Of a stretch of DNA of 64,000 bases, positions 1-10,815 are shown in pieces. The DNA comes from Malacoraja senta (lineage: Eukaryota): contig CM075979.1 of NCBI GenBank assembly GCA_038087875.1, positions 45,446,001 to 45,510,000 on the forward strand, read 5' to 3'. Below the pieces are notes generated by a model that saw only the letters and a program-made list of their open reading frames with translations, was not told the DNA's origin and ran no database searches. Made by a program: the position numbers and the translations under genes. Position 1 is the first letter of the stretch. Every line of letters starts with the position of its first letter.

Positions 1-180
1 CTCTAGTTTCTCTTTGACTGAGAGGGTAAAGACCCTTTGGGGTATGTGCTGAACTGGTGGCATGTTTTCTTGAATGAACTCTATTTTGTATCCCCGAACA
101 CTGTTAAGTATATAACTATCATTCGTGAGAGACCTCCATGCTTCAATGAACAGATGTAATCTCCCCCCTGTTAGTACAGT
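1..180 (-). CDS. DIRS pol (RT ORF) N-terminal fragment, truncated by window edge
   Basis: Manual translation TVLTGGRLHLFIEAWRSLTNDSYILNSVRGYKIEFIQENMPPVQHIPQRVFTLSVKEKLE. Confidence 0.7.
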
Positions 181-400
181 CCCCCACTTTTTATATGCTG
201 ATAGGAACCAGACCCACCTACCTCCATAGTTACGGGAGTGTTCATTGCTTCTGTTTCTTCATCCGCCGTTGTACTGCTGGATGTCCTGTTGGTTGGGGGT
301 GGCGCATTTTTCATGGGGTCCGCTCTGGGCCCTGGCCTAAAAAAGGCTTTCGGGGATGGAATGCGGACCCCGAGCTTTCACCAGTCCTGAATGTTTGTCG

Positions 401-1522
401 TCAACTGGTGGACGTGGTGGGGTACTGCTGTCTGGGTTGTGTGGGTCTGCTCGTTCTGGGGCCTGCCCTCATGAGGCCAAATGCTTTGGCCTCTTCCTCC
501 AGGTCTTTTACTTGTTTTGTTAAGTCCTTCCCGAATAACAGGATCTGTGGCTCTGAGGCCGGTGTTTTACACAGTCCTGCATACCTGGGATTGAGGGCAG
601 GTCTTATTATCTCCTTGCGGAGGTTGTTGATCTCGTATTGGGTGTTGCACAGCATAGCTAGAGTGTCTTGCTGGTCTGTGGTCATATCCACCCCATCCAC
701 GGAACGAGCATAGGATGTTATCCCTGTTGTCAGGAGCTTGAGGATGCGTTGTAATTTTAGCTCTTGGCTCCGGATACTCTGTCCAACATACCCCCAGATT
801 TGGCTGTTAACGGCCGGTACATTAAGCGAACTGCAGTTCTCCGGAGGCGAGTAGATTTCTAGTGCCTCATTAAGTACCTGATCTTGTAGGGGTTTGACAG
901 ACAGGTGGTTAATGCTGGCCGCCAGTTTTGGCTCCAATGGCCGCCCTGCTCGTGGTGTAGCCACGTAGCGATTCACCACACCCAGCAGCTCTTCCTGGTC
1001 CTGTACCCCAAGCGTACTCCCGATATCTTCAGCCAATGACCCCTGTTCTTGACCAGCCCAGTCCTGGTCGCCAATGCTGCCCTCGGCTGAGGGAGAAGCA
1101 ATGGCCAGTGCATTGTAAGGCACTGCTGTGGGAGTGCCTGAACCCCCTTTGCGAGACTGCTCCAGCTCCCGAAGCAAGTCTTGCTGGAGCAGTTGCTCCA
1201 TGAGCCTTTCCATTTGGCTCAGGCGGCTACCCCTTCCGCTCTCAGGCGGAGCCTCCTCATCGGAGTCAGACATAACCGGCCGGTCTGTTTTTTGTCTTGA
1301 TTTGCCTCCAGCCCGCTGCTGCTCCTCAGGCTGCGCTAGCGGTACTGGGCTCGGCTCGGTCTCGATGAGGGTGGACCGCAGCATGTGCGGTCCAGGTGCC
1401 GCCTCTCGCCCCCCACTGATGGGACCCTCTGGGTCTGTTGGAGTCGAACGGGGGGTGGTTTTCTTTGCTTGCCGTGCTTTACTCATTTTCCCAGTTTTAT
1501 CTGGAATTACAGAGCAGAGCAA
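401..1522 (-). pseudogene. DIRS gag-like ORF, 373 aa, ending at a probable premature TGA
   Basis: Motifs PPENCSSLNVPAVNSQIW, RKEIIRPALNPRYAGLC and LLFGKDLTKQVK. The frame stays open ~50 codons beyond the TGA at 401-403 (to ~243). Confidence 0.75.
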
Positions 1523-1692
1523 GCTTGCTATTATGACCTCAGAGTAAGTACTTACCTGATGGGCCGCTTTTTAAACTTGTAGCGGGAGCGCCTTGTACTC
1601 CCGTTCGTCGCTGTTGCACTGCGTGAACGCTCATGTCGTGCATGCGTGCTGGACGGGCTCTTCACGTAGTCACTCACGTGACTCCGAAGTAA

Positions 1693-4510
1693 AATCTGCA
1701 ATTTGAGAAGGAGAACGTTAAATCGGAAGTGGCAGTGATGCAGTTGAACAAAGGGGACTATGAAGGCATGAGAGGGGAGCTGGCCAAAGTAGACTGGAAA
1801 GGGATCCTAGCAGGAATGACGGTGGAACAGCAATGGCGGGAATTTCTGGGCATAATCCGGGAGACGCAGGATCATAGATACATAGATACATAGATACATA
1901 GAAAATAGGTGCAGGAGTAGGCCATTCGGCCCTTCGAGCCTGCACCGCCATTCAATATGATCATGGCTGATCATCCAACTCAGTATCCCGTACCTGCCTT
2001 CTCTCCATACCCCCTGATCCCTTTAGCCACAAGGGCCACATCTAACTCCCTCTTAAATATAGCCAATGAACTGGCCTCAACTACCCTCTGTGGCAGAGAG
2101 TTCCAGAGATTCACCACTCTCTGTGTGAAAAAGTTTTTCCTCATCTCGGTCTTAAAGGATTTCCCCCTTATCCTTAAGCTGTGACCCCTTGTCCTGGACT
2201 TCCCCAACATCGGGAACAATCTTCCTGCATCTAGCCTGTCCAACCCCATAAGAATTTTGTACGTTTCTATAAGATCCCCTCTCAATCTCCTAAATTCTAG
2301 CGAGTATAAGCCAAGTCTATCCAGTCTTTCTTCATATGAAAGTCCTGACATCCCAGGAATCAGTCTGGTGAACCTTCTTTGCACTCCCTCTATGGCTATA
2401 ATGTCCTTCCTCAGATTTGGAGATCATTTCATTCCAAAAAGGAAGAAAGATTCTAAGGGGAGTAGGAGGCAACCATGGCTGACAAGAGAAGTTAGGGATA
2501 GAATAAAACTAAAAGAAAAGATGTGTAACACAGCAAAGAGTAGCCGGAAGCCAGAGGATTGGGAAACTTTCATAGGACAACAGAAGGAAACAAAACGTGC
2601 AATACGGGCTGAAAAGATGAAGTACGAGGGGAAGCTGGCCAGGAATATAAAGAAGGACAGTAAAAGCTTCTTTAGATATGTTAAGGGAAAAAGAGTAGCA
2701 AAGTCAAATGTGGGTCCCTTGAAGGCAGACACGGGTGAAATTATTATGGGCAACAAGGAAATGGCAGAACAGTTGAATAGGTACTTCGGATCTGTTTTCA
2801 CTAAGGAAGACACAAACAATCTCCCAGATGTACTGGAGGACAGAGGATCTAAGGGGGTAGAGGAACTGAAAGAAATTTTCATGAGGCGAGAAATAGTATT
2901 GGGTAGGCTAATGGGACTGAAGGGTGATAAATCCCCTGGGCCTGATGGTCTGCATCCCAGGGTCCTCAGGGAGGTGGCTCTAGAAATAGTGGACACATTG
3001 GTGATTATTTTCCAATGTTCAATAGATTCAGGATCAGTTCCTGTGGATTGGAGGATAGCTAATGTTATCCCACTTTTCAAGAAAGGGGCGAGAGAGAAAA
3101 CGGAGAATTACAGACCAGTTAGCCTGACTTCGGAGGTGGGAAAGTTGCTGGAGTCAATTATTAAAGAGGTAATAATGGGGCATTTGGATAGCGGTAAAAG
3201 GATTAGTCCAAGTCAACATGGATTTATGAAAGGTAAATCATGCTTGACTAATCTTCTGGAATTTTTTGAGGATGTGACAAGTAAAATGGATGAAGGGGTG
3301 CCAGTGGAGGTAGTGTATCTAGACTTTCAGAAAGCCTTTGATAAGGTCCCGCACGGGAGACTGGTGACTAAAATTAGAGCACATGGTATTGGGGGTAGGG
3401 TGTTGCCATGGATAGAAAATTGGTTGGCAGACCGGAAGCAAAGAGTAGGAGTGAATGGGTCCTTTTCAGAATGGCAGGCAGTGGCGAGTGGAGTGCCGCA
3501 AGGCTCGGTGTTGGGGCCACAACTGTTTACCATATATATTAATGATTTGGAAGAGGGAATTAGGAGCAACACTAGCAAGTTTGCAGATGACACAAAGCTG
3601 GGTAGCAGTGTGAACTGTGAAGAGGATATTAGGAGGTTGCAGGGTGACCTGGACAGGTTGAGTGAGTGGGCAGATGTGTGGCAGATGCAGGATAATATAG
3701 ATAAATGTGAGGTTATCCACTTTGGCGGCAAAAACAAGGGGGCAGATTATTATCTCAATGGGGTTAGGTTAGGGAAGGGGGTGGTGCAGCGAGACCTGGG
3801 TGTCCTTGTATGCTGGTCACTGAAAGTTGGCGTGCAGGTACAGCAGGCAGTGAAGAAAGCTAATGGAATGTTGGCCTTCATAACAAGAGGATTTCAGTAT
3901 AGGAGTAAAGAGGTTCTTCTGCAGTTGTATAGGGCTCTGGTGAGACCACATCTGGATTATTGTGTACTGTTTTGGTCTCCTAATTTGAGGAAGGACATCC
4001 TTGTGATTGAGGCAGTGCAGCGTAGGTTCACGAGATTGATTCCTGGGATGGCGGGACTGCCATATGAGGAAAGATTGAAAAGACTAGGCTTGTATTCACA
4101 GGAGTTTAGAAGGATGAAGGGATATCTTATAGAAACATATACAATTATAAAAGAACTGGACAAGCTAGATGCAGGAAAAATGTTCCCAATGTTGGGCGAG
4201 TCCAGAACCAGGGGCCACAGTCTTAGAATAAAGGGGAGGTAATTTAAGACTGAGGTGAGAAAAAACTTTTTCACCCAGAGAGTTGTGAATTTGTGGAATT
4301 CCCTTCCACAGAGGGCAGTGGAGGCCAAGTCACTGGATGGATTTAAGAGAGAGTTAGATAGAGCTCTAGGGGCTAGTGGAGTCAAGGGATATGGGGAGAA
4401 GGCAGGCACGGGTTATTGATTGGGGGCGATCAGCCATGATCACAATAAATGGCGGTGCTGTCATGAAGGGCCGAATGGCCTCCTCCTGCACCTATTTTCT
4501 ATGTTTCTTC
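1693..4510 (+). mobile_element. CR1 LINE (ORF2 RT region to 3' tail), interrupted by a nested CR1
   Basis: ORF 2257-4242 has [36 protein letters not shown] and FADDTKLG. It stops early at 4240-4242 (LRIKGR*). CR1 3' UTR and ctatgtt-type tail at ~4500. Confidence 0.92.
1876..2421 (-). mobile_element. 5'-truncated CR1 nested in the CR1 above
   Basis: ORF 1980-2384 is the CR1 ORF2 C-terminus. Tail (tagataca)n at 1876. TSD GATCAT at 1870-1875 and 2422-2427. Confidence 0.92.
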
Positions 4511-5199
4511 TTTTCTGTTTGTTTCTGTCTCTGGGGAGCTACATGGATGGAAATGATGATTACACATCCGTTGTTGAGGGTCCACATACTCTTTTATCTC
4601 ACTCCCCAGATAACGGTGTTTCATAGGTAATACTGTCCTGAAGGCACAACAACTTGACAAAAGTTATTAAACGAGTTTACAATTGCTCCTATCCCTCACT
4701 CCTACACCTCCTGCGCAATATATTATTTTCTTTCTTTTCCCAAGTGCCATTCTAAATTCCTTTGAATTTGTTCGTTATCCTGACACCAGCTACTTTCTCT
4801 CTCTCTTGGTTCCTTTATTAATTTTGCTCCTTTCTATCAATGGGCTGTTTTTGATCCCGATTCTACCTTCTCTTCTATTTTCCTCCATCCAAGTTTTACA
4901 AGGGTTTCTCTCGTTCTAATTCTGGTTGCTATTTTCCCTTGGACCATCTCAGTGTTATGAGGAGGGTACTTTATCTTCTCAGAATCATTTCTGTCTTCTG
5001 AGGCAGGGGTCAGGTTATTCCATCCGCACTGTGGACTAGCTGGCAGATCAGGATTATAAAAATGGATTCGGCTGCGAGAAGGGTGATTGGTCTCCTGCCC
5101 CCTGATCCTCTGGACAGCGTACTCTCCTTCGATCTTCAGGCTCCCAAGTATCCATATATCCCCTAGGGATCCACCGACTTCTTGGACCTCGTGACCCTT

Positions 5200-6141
5200 T
5201 TCTTTGACCCCTTCCTCCTCTTTGATCCCTCATAGGGCAAGCTCTGCTCCAGTGCCCCCTCTCTCCACAGGCTTAACACTGGTTTGGCCCAACAATTTGG
5301 TACCCTTTCCCATAGAATTGAGGAAAATCAGGCTCTCAAATAGGCATGTCCCTAAGGTAGTCTGGAGGGTTCCAAGCCTCTTCTTTTGATCTAACTTCAA
5401 GTTTCTGTATTAATTTCACTGGTCCTTGGATGGATTTAATAAGAGTGGCAAAGATGGTCTCTTCCCTATCTCTTCCCTGTTGACTCCACTCGAGTGCCCT
5501 GTTCACAGGCTACACACGGTGCCTTGGGATCGGGAAAGTGAGAGGTCTGAGAGGAATACTGCGATTCTGTACCAAAAAGGTCTGCCCATCCTTTTAAATA
5601 TTGGTCTTCCTTCTCTTCAAGATCCACACTGACTGCTGCGCTCTTAATAAATTTAATCAATTTAATTTTTTCTGAGCCACTTCCCCTTTAAGAGTTGCTG
5701 GAATCAACTCCCCGGTAAGAGTTTCTACTCTTCTCTGTTCCTGCTCTCGATCTTTGATATCTCTCTCTCTTTTCTTTCAGAAATCTCCAGAGAAGGACCA
5801 GCTCTCACCACTTCTAGCTCTATTCCCAGCCTTGAAGCTGCCGTCCTCCACTTCCTAACAATTTCTTTAGTCACCTTCCTCTTCGTAAAATACATTTTCC
5901 ATAACCATATAAGCTAATTTCCTCTCTCACTATTCCCATACTTCCTAACAATTTTCTCGATATACATTATCCCAGTCACAGACTTTAGACCACCTATCGG
6001 CCATAATTCACTTCCTGGCTCTTTGTTCAATTTTCCCGAAGATTTCTGTAAGCTTTCAATTCTCAAAGGAAATTCATCCCACATTAATTGGATTGGGCTT
6101 TCAGAAAGTGTTGTTATGTCTTTCTCTAGATTATTTCCCAT
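5200..6141 (-). pseudogene. Degenerate retroviral gag-like ORF
   Basis: Starts MGNNLEKDITTLSESPIQLMWDEF...LWPIGG (Met-Gly, matrix-like). After an in-frame TAG at 5914-5916 it continues LIWLWKMYF. It ends with the knuckle C*ACGERGHWSRAC (CX2CX4HX4C with one stop) followed by an RGG-rich stretch. Confidence 0.6.
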
Positions 6142-6229
6142 GGTTTTTGCAGAAAAGAAACAACACAGCAATAATATAACTACAGATAAATTTCTGACTC
6201 ACCTACGCAATACAGATAATGATAAATCT

Positions 6230-7308
6230 GTGGCACACAAAAATGCTGGAGAAACTCAGCAGGTGCAGCAGCATCTATGGAGCGAAGGAAATAGGCAACG
6301 TTTCGGGCCAAAACCCTTCTTCAGACTGATGGGGGGTGGGGAGAAGAAAGGAAAAAGGCGGAGGAAGAGCCCGAGGGCTGAGGGATGGGAGGAGACAGCC
6401 CAAGGGCTGAGGAAGGGGAGGATACAGCAAGGGCTAACAAAATTGGGAGAATTAAATGTTCATGGCCCCAGGATGTAGACTGCCCAAGCGGAAAATGAGG
6501 TGCATTTCCTCCAATTTCCGGTGTTGCTCACTCTGGCCATGGAGGAGACCCAGGACAGAGAGGTCGGATACGGAATGGGAGGGGGAGTTGAAGTGCTGAG
6601 TCAGGTTGGTTATTGCGGACCGAACGGAGGTGTTCGGCGAAACGATCGCCAAGCCTCCGCTTGGTCTCACCGATGTAGATCAGCTGACATCTAGAGCAGC
6701 GGATGCAATAGATAAGGTTGGAGGAGATGCAGGTGAACTTCTGTCACACCTGGAAGGACTGCTTGGGTCGAATGGAGTCAAGGGGGGAGGTGAAGGGACA
6801 AGTGTTGCATCTCTTGCGGTTGCAAGGGAAAGTGCCCGGGGAGGGGGTGGTACGGGAGGGAAGGGAAGAATTGACAAGGGATTTACGGAGGGAGCGGTCT
6901 TTGCGGAAGGCAGACATGGGGGGAGATGGGAAGATGTGGCGAGTGGTGGGGTCCCGTTGGAGGTAGCGAAACTGACGGAGGGTCACTTGTTGTATGTGAC
7001 GGCTGGTGGGGTGAAAGGTGAGGACTAGGGGGACTCTGCCCTTGTTGTGAGTGGGGGGATGGGGAGAGAGAGCAGTGTTGCGGGGTATGGCAGAGACCCT
7101 GGTGCGAGCCTCATCTATGGTGGAGGAGGGGAACCCCCGTTCCCTGAAGAATGAGGACATTTCGGATGCCCTGGTGTGGAACGCCTCATCCTGGGAGCAG
7201 ATGCGGCGTAGACGGAGGAATTGGGCGTGGAGGATGGAGTCCTTACAGGAAGCAGGGTGGGAAGAAGTGTAGTCCAGATAGCCATGGGAGTCAGTGGGTT
7301 TATAGTGG
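6230..7308 (-). mobile_element. Penelope-like element (GIY-YIG end), 5'-truncated, inserted in the ERV leader
   Basis: ORF 6744-7160 (RVPLVLTFHP...FPCNRKRCNTC) continues into IYCIRC...YIGETKRRLGDRFAEH. 11-bp TSD ATGATAAATCT at 6219-6229 and 7309-7319. Confidence 0.9.
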
Positions 7309-7652
7309 ATGATAAATCTTTCTCACTATCACCTCTTCAATACTTTGCTCCTCCCTTTCACTTCCCAGATCTTGAACAATAGCTAACATCTCCCAAACAA
7401 TTGCACAGTTAATCTTCCCAATCTAATATTCAATCACTATATTTTATGTTCAATTGCTCTGTTCAATCTTTATTCAATCGCCCACTCCACTTTCTTATCA
7501 ATCTCCTCTCTCATTCACAATCACCCATTCAACTTCCAATCTGTAAACAGTTCCGACTCCCAGACTAAGGTACTTAATATTCAAATAGCAGCACTCTCCC
7601 ACTCAAAATACTTCACTTTAACAGAGACAAATAAATCCAAACCACGCAAGCA

Positions 7653-7806
7653 AAACTATACCTAACTCAGAAACTATACCTAACCCAGAAACTATACCTA
7701 ACCCAGAAACTATACCTAACCCAGAAACTATACCTAACCCAGAAACTATACCTAACCCAGAAACTATACCTAACCCAAAAACTATACCTAACCCAGAAAC
7801 TATACC
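7653..7806. repeat. 18-bp tandem repeat (aaactatacctaacccag) x ~8.5
   Basis: Directly visible near-perfect head-to-tail units with no spacers. Confidence 0.97.
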
Positions 7807-8807
7807 ACCCATTACAAGCAAACAATACACAACAATATAAACTATAAGCATTCACTTCCTATCGCCCACTAATAATTAAATCACCCACTATTTTAACGTC
7901 TCCTCGTGGTGTACTCGGTCAATGGAACAATCCCTCCTTCGAAACAATCAATTGGAAGGATACGAACCCCCGATCGAACAACCACGGATCGGTCTTCAAT
8001 ACTAACATAATCCAAACCAAACCGAATTAAATTCTTACACGTTGACTCTAACCCACTGTTATCCCAATTTTCTAAAAACCCAAACGCTTAAACAACACAC
8101 AATCAGTACTATATATCTATTTGCGATCTTAACACTTTACAAGTGCCTCTTACACGCAAAAAAGTATTTATATACAGTTTGGATGCAAAAGAAATATATA
8201 CTTGAGATTCACAAAATTCTATCACGATCAATACAATACACTATAACCGCAACACTATAACAGTAATTTTAATTCACAGTTTCAAAACCAATCACAATAT
8301 TTTGTCTCGCTGCTATCAACCAGTGAACTCTCCCTCCAATACAGAAGACTTTCCTTTCCTCGGTACTCTTTGCTGAGGGGTACTACTTCTTAATCAGCTA
8401 CTTTTCACCTTCAGATACTTTTCCTCTCGCTAAGACTCAACTTTTATTGGGGGACCTTTCCCTCCACTCTAAGTTCTCAGAATTAGGGGTACTTTTTCCC
8501 GTCCAGTTACTTTTCACTGAAAAATCAGTTTCCCCTTCTCTCAGTTACTCTTTGCTATTAGGTACTAATCAACAATCGATCAGAGGGGGTACAAACTCCT
8601 GGTTGATCAGCCATGATTCAAAATCAATCAGAAATACTCGATACAAACTTCGAAGTTATTATAATACACAGAATTCTGAGTACGTGCCAGATCCTCAATA
8701 TGAGAGTCTATATTTAGATACTTTCAAATCGATAAGTTTCAGTTTGCTCTGATCGGACCAATTAGAAATTTGGTGCGTAATTCGACGTACGCAAATGCAA
8801 ATTCTAA

Positions 8808-9340
8808 AGGGCCTGTCCCACGGGCAGACGATTCCAGGCGGCAAGCGGGGGTCGCGCGGCTGCCGCGCGGGTGCCACCGTATGGCCTGTCCCACGAGCAT
8901 GCGAATGCATGCGGCAAGCGCAACCTAACCGGAAGCGGTTGCCGCGCGGAGGCCGAGTGATTACCGTACGGCCTGTCCCACGAGCATGCGAATGCATGCG
9001 GCGAGCGCGGCATCGGGTGATGACGTCATTGTGCAACGCAATGCGCTAGCGTACTCCGTCGAGACGGTGCGCGCCATCCAGGCGGTGCGTGCGGCGTCCA
9101 GGCGGTGCGTGCGGCGTCCAGGCGGTGCGTGCAGCGTCGAGGCGGCAGGCCGTTGCCGCACGGGATTTTTGGACAGAGTCAGTTTTTCTGAGCCCCGCGC
9201 TGTGTCGGAACCAACTACATCCGGCTCCGGCTATCTACGTGGGGCCGACCCCGCGGCCCCCGGGGCGGTCCCCGCACGGCCTCCACTTCCTGCTAGGTCG
9301 CGCTTGCCGCCTGGAATCGCCTGCCCGTGGGACAGCCGCT
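8808..9340. mobile_element. PIF/Harbinger-type MITE
   Basis: TIRs AGGGCCTGTCCCAC / GTGGGACAGCCGCT and TSD TAA (8805-8807, 9341-9343). GC-rich and non-coding. Confidence 0.88.
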
Positions 9341-10030
9341 TAATTTAGTTCAGATAGAATTCTCGAATAAGTATTCTCAACCAATCTCTACTCTAACCAC
9401 CGAGCCCGATGCCTTTACACGGGAGTGTCCTCCCCCATCCTTTCAGAGATCCGGCGAGGACTCCAACCACATAGGCTCACCCTGTCAAAAAGGCTTTTTC
9501 CTTTCCACCTGCTTGGCACTGGGGCTCAGCGCGTAACCTCTTCACGCTGACAGTCGATGCCGATTTCTGGAGCGCGCCTCCAATCTGTGCCCCCAGCAAC
9601 AACACAGTGCTTTGCCTCTTAGCACTGACCAAAACCCAGTTTTGTCTTTCAATATCCCGTCAATCGGGTATCCAATTCTAGGCAGGGCCTCCAACCCAAC
9701 TTACCGAACGGAACAATGTTTTGGTTTTTGCCAGCAGTAGCAGCTACCAACTACGACTAGGTTTTAGGGGACATCAACCCCAAGGAGAGGGACTTCAACC
9801 CAACCCTAGTAGGGACTCCAACCCCAAAGGCGCTTTCGCCCCCAGTGCTTGCTAGACTCTGTTCTACGATCTCGTTGGGACCCTTCCCAAGTCCATGAAT
9901 GATTTATCTGCTCCGACTAGCGAAGTGATGAAAACAATGCGAAAACTGCACCATGGCACCGATTTCTGCACTCCTGATCGGGACAGCACAACACCGTTAA
10001 TCGCAAACTTGTGTTTGGTGGTCCGTTGAG

Positions 10031-10048
10031 ATCCCGGAAGAGCCCCCA
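10031..10048 (-). promoter_or_regulatory. Retroviral primer-binding site, tRNA-Pro
   Basis: - strand TGGGGGCTCTTCCGGGAT matches the canonical tRNA-Pro PBS TGGGGGCTCGTCCGGGAT at 17/18 positions and lies 1 nt after the LTR-terminal CA. Confidence 0.92.
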
Positions 10049-10049
10049 A

Positions 10050-10434
10050 TGTAAATTACCTCTTCTAAGCTTCTCCCCAGTCTAGTTCAGTCAATAAAAC
10101 ACTGATTCAAGCACTGGAACAACTAAACTTTATTTTTCCGATAGCACAACAAATTACCCTCTATGATACCTAAACCAACCGCAGGTTCGATCCTTGTATC
10201 TGCCTGGCCAAGCCCTTGAGCTCGTGCAAGCCGAGACACTCCAAAAGATCACGCAGTCCCAAGCACTCTTCCAGAAGATCGTCAAAGACCTTGTGGGGGC
10301 TGCCTTTTATAGGTCCCTAAACCTTGAGGGGCCAAACTACAGATGGGTGGTCTGTTTACAATCCAATCAACATAACAGATTACAACAATACAGTATTGAC
10401 AGTTACACAGAGCAATGACAAAATCTCATTTACA
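10050..10434 (-). mobile_element. ERV 5' LTR (385 bp)
   Basis: - strand termini TGTAAAT...ATTTACA form a perfect 7-bp inverted repeat. TATAAAA at 10305-10311 and AATAAA at 10129-10134 are in U3-R-U5 order. The PBS follows immediately. Confidence 0.85.
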
Positions 10435-10479
10435 TTGCTGCAGGAGAAGCACCACGGCCCAACCCTCTATCATAAAGGT

Positions 10480-10680
10480 CAGATGGAAGTTCTTGAATTA
10501 CTCGTTTTATTATGCTACTATATTACTTCGTTTGTTGTTTTTTGTGATTTCACACCGCTGCTTTGAAGATTGACATGCAGGCGCACTGGCGGGGTTCTTC
10601 TCACGTAATCACCAACGTAACTCCTCATAAAATAAAGATCAAACTTCAAACTGGTAAGTTCTTGTTTAATCTTACTATTA
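10480..10680. mobile_element. Possible DIRS terminal-repeat fragment
   Basis: gcaggcgcactggcggggttcttctcacgtaatcaccaacgtaactcc resembles the DIRS terminus at 1640-1690 (gcatgcgtgctggacgggctcttcacgtagtcactcacgtgactcc). Confidence 0.4.
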
Positions 10681-10815
10681 ATCCTGCTTATCTCTGAGCT
10701 CTTTATTAAGGCTGCTTATCAGGCCTAATTTACCTTTCACCTTATCCAGGTTGCCATCTGATTCCATTAATTCCTTCACACTATCAAACAGCCTCCTTAT
10801 CTTCATCCACAACGT

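Larger units (their letters stand above)
1..1692 (-). mobile_element. DIRS-type (tyrosine-recombinase) retrotransposon, 5' part (terminus, gag, start of pol); runs off the window start
   Basis: Gag-like ORF 401-1522 followed by a pol start reading GGRLHLFIEAWRSLTNDSYILNSVRGYKIEF (1-180, - strand), typical of DIRS RT ORFs. The terminus abuts CR1 sequence at ~1692 with no visible TSD. Confidence 0.8.
4530..10434 (-). mobile_element. Decayed class I-like (tRNA-Pro primed) endogenous retrovirus: 5' LTR, PBS, long leader, gag-like region; no 3' LTR seen
   Basis: LTR 10050-10434, PBS 10031-10048, splice donor at 6202, Kozak ACCATGG gag-like start at 6141, and CCHC knuckle at ~5237-5278 are all collinear on the - strand. 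The left boundary is approximate. Confidence 0.75.

Noticed and set aside
195-1582. + strand ORFs overlapping the DIRS gag
   Set aside because: Antisense shadows of a GC-rich ORF with no domain features.
5200-6141. Link between this ERV gag and the Gag-like cytoplasmic region of human B7-H6
   Set aside because: This gag is upstream, antisense and degenerate, and no tail exon here resembles it. Treated as coincidence.
7618-7855. Hydrophobic repeat ORFs (GIVSGL)n / (WVRYSF)n; possible CRISPR-like array
   Set aside because: Translations of the 18-bp tandem repeat. There are no spacers and the context is eukaryotic.
8695-9348. Arg/Ala-rich ORFs here and at 17276-17908
   Set aside because: They arise from GC-rich MITE sequence with few stops; no transposase motifs.
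10031-10048. tRNA-Pro gene
   Set aside because: Only the 3' 18 nt including CCA match, next to an LTR end. This is a PBS, not a tRNA gene.
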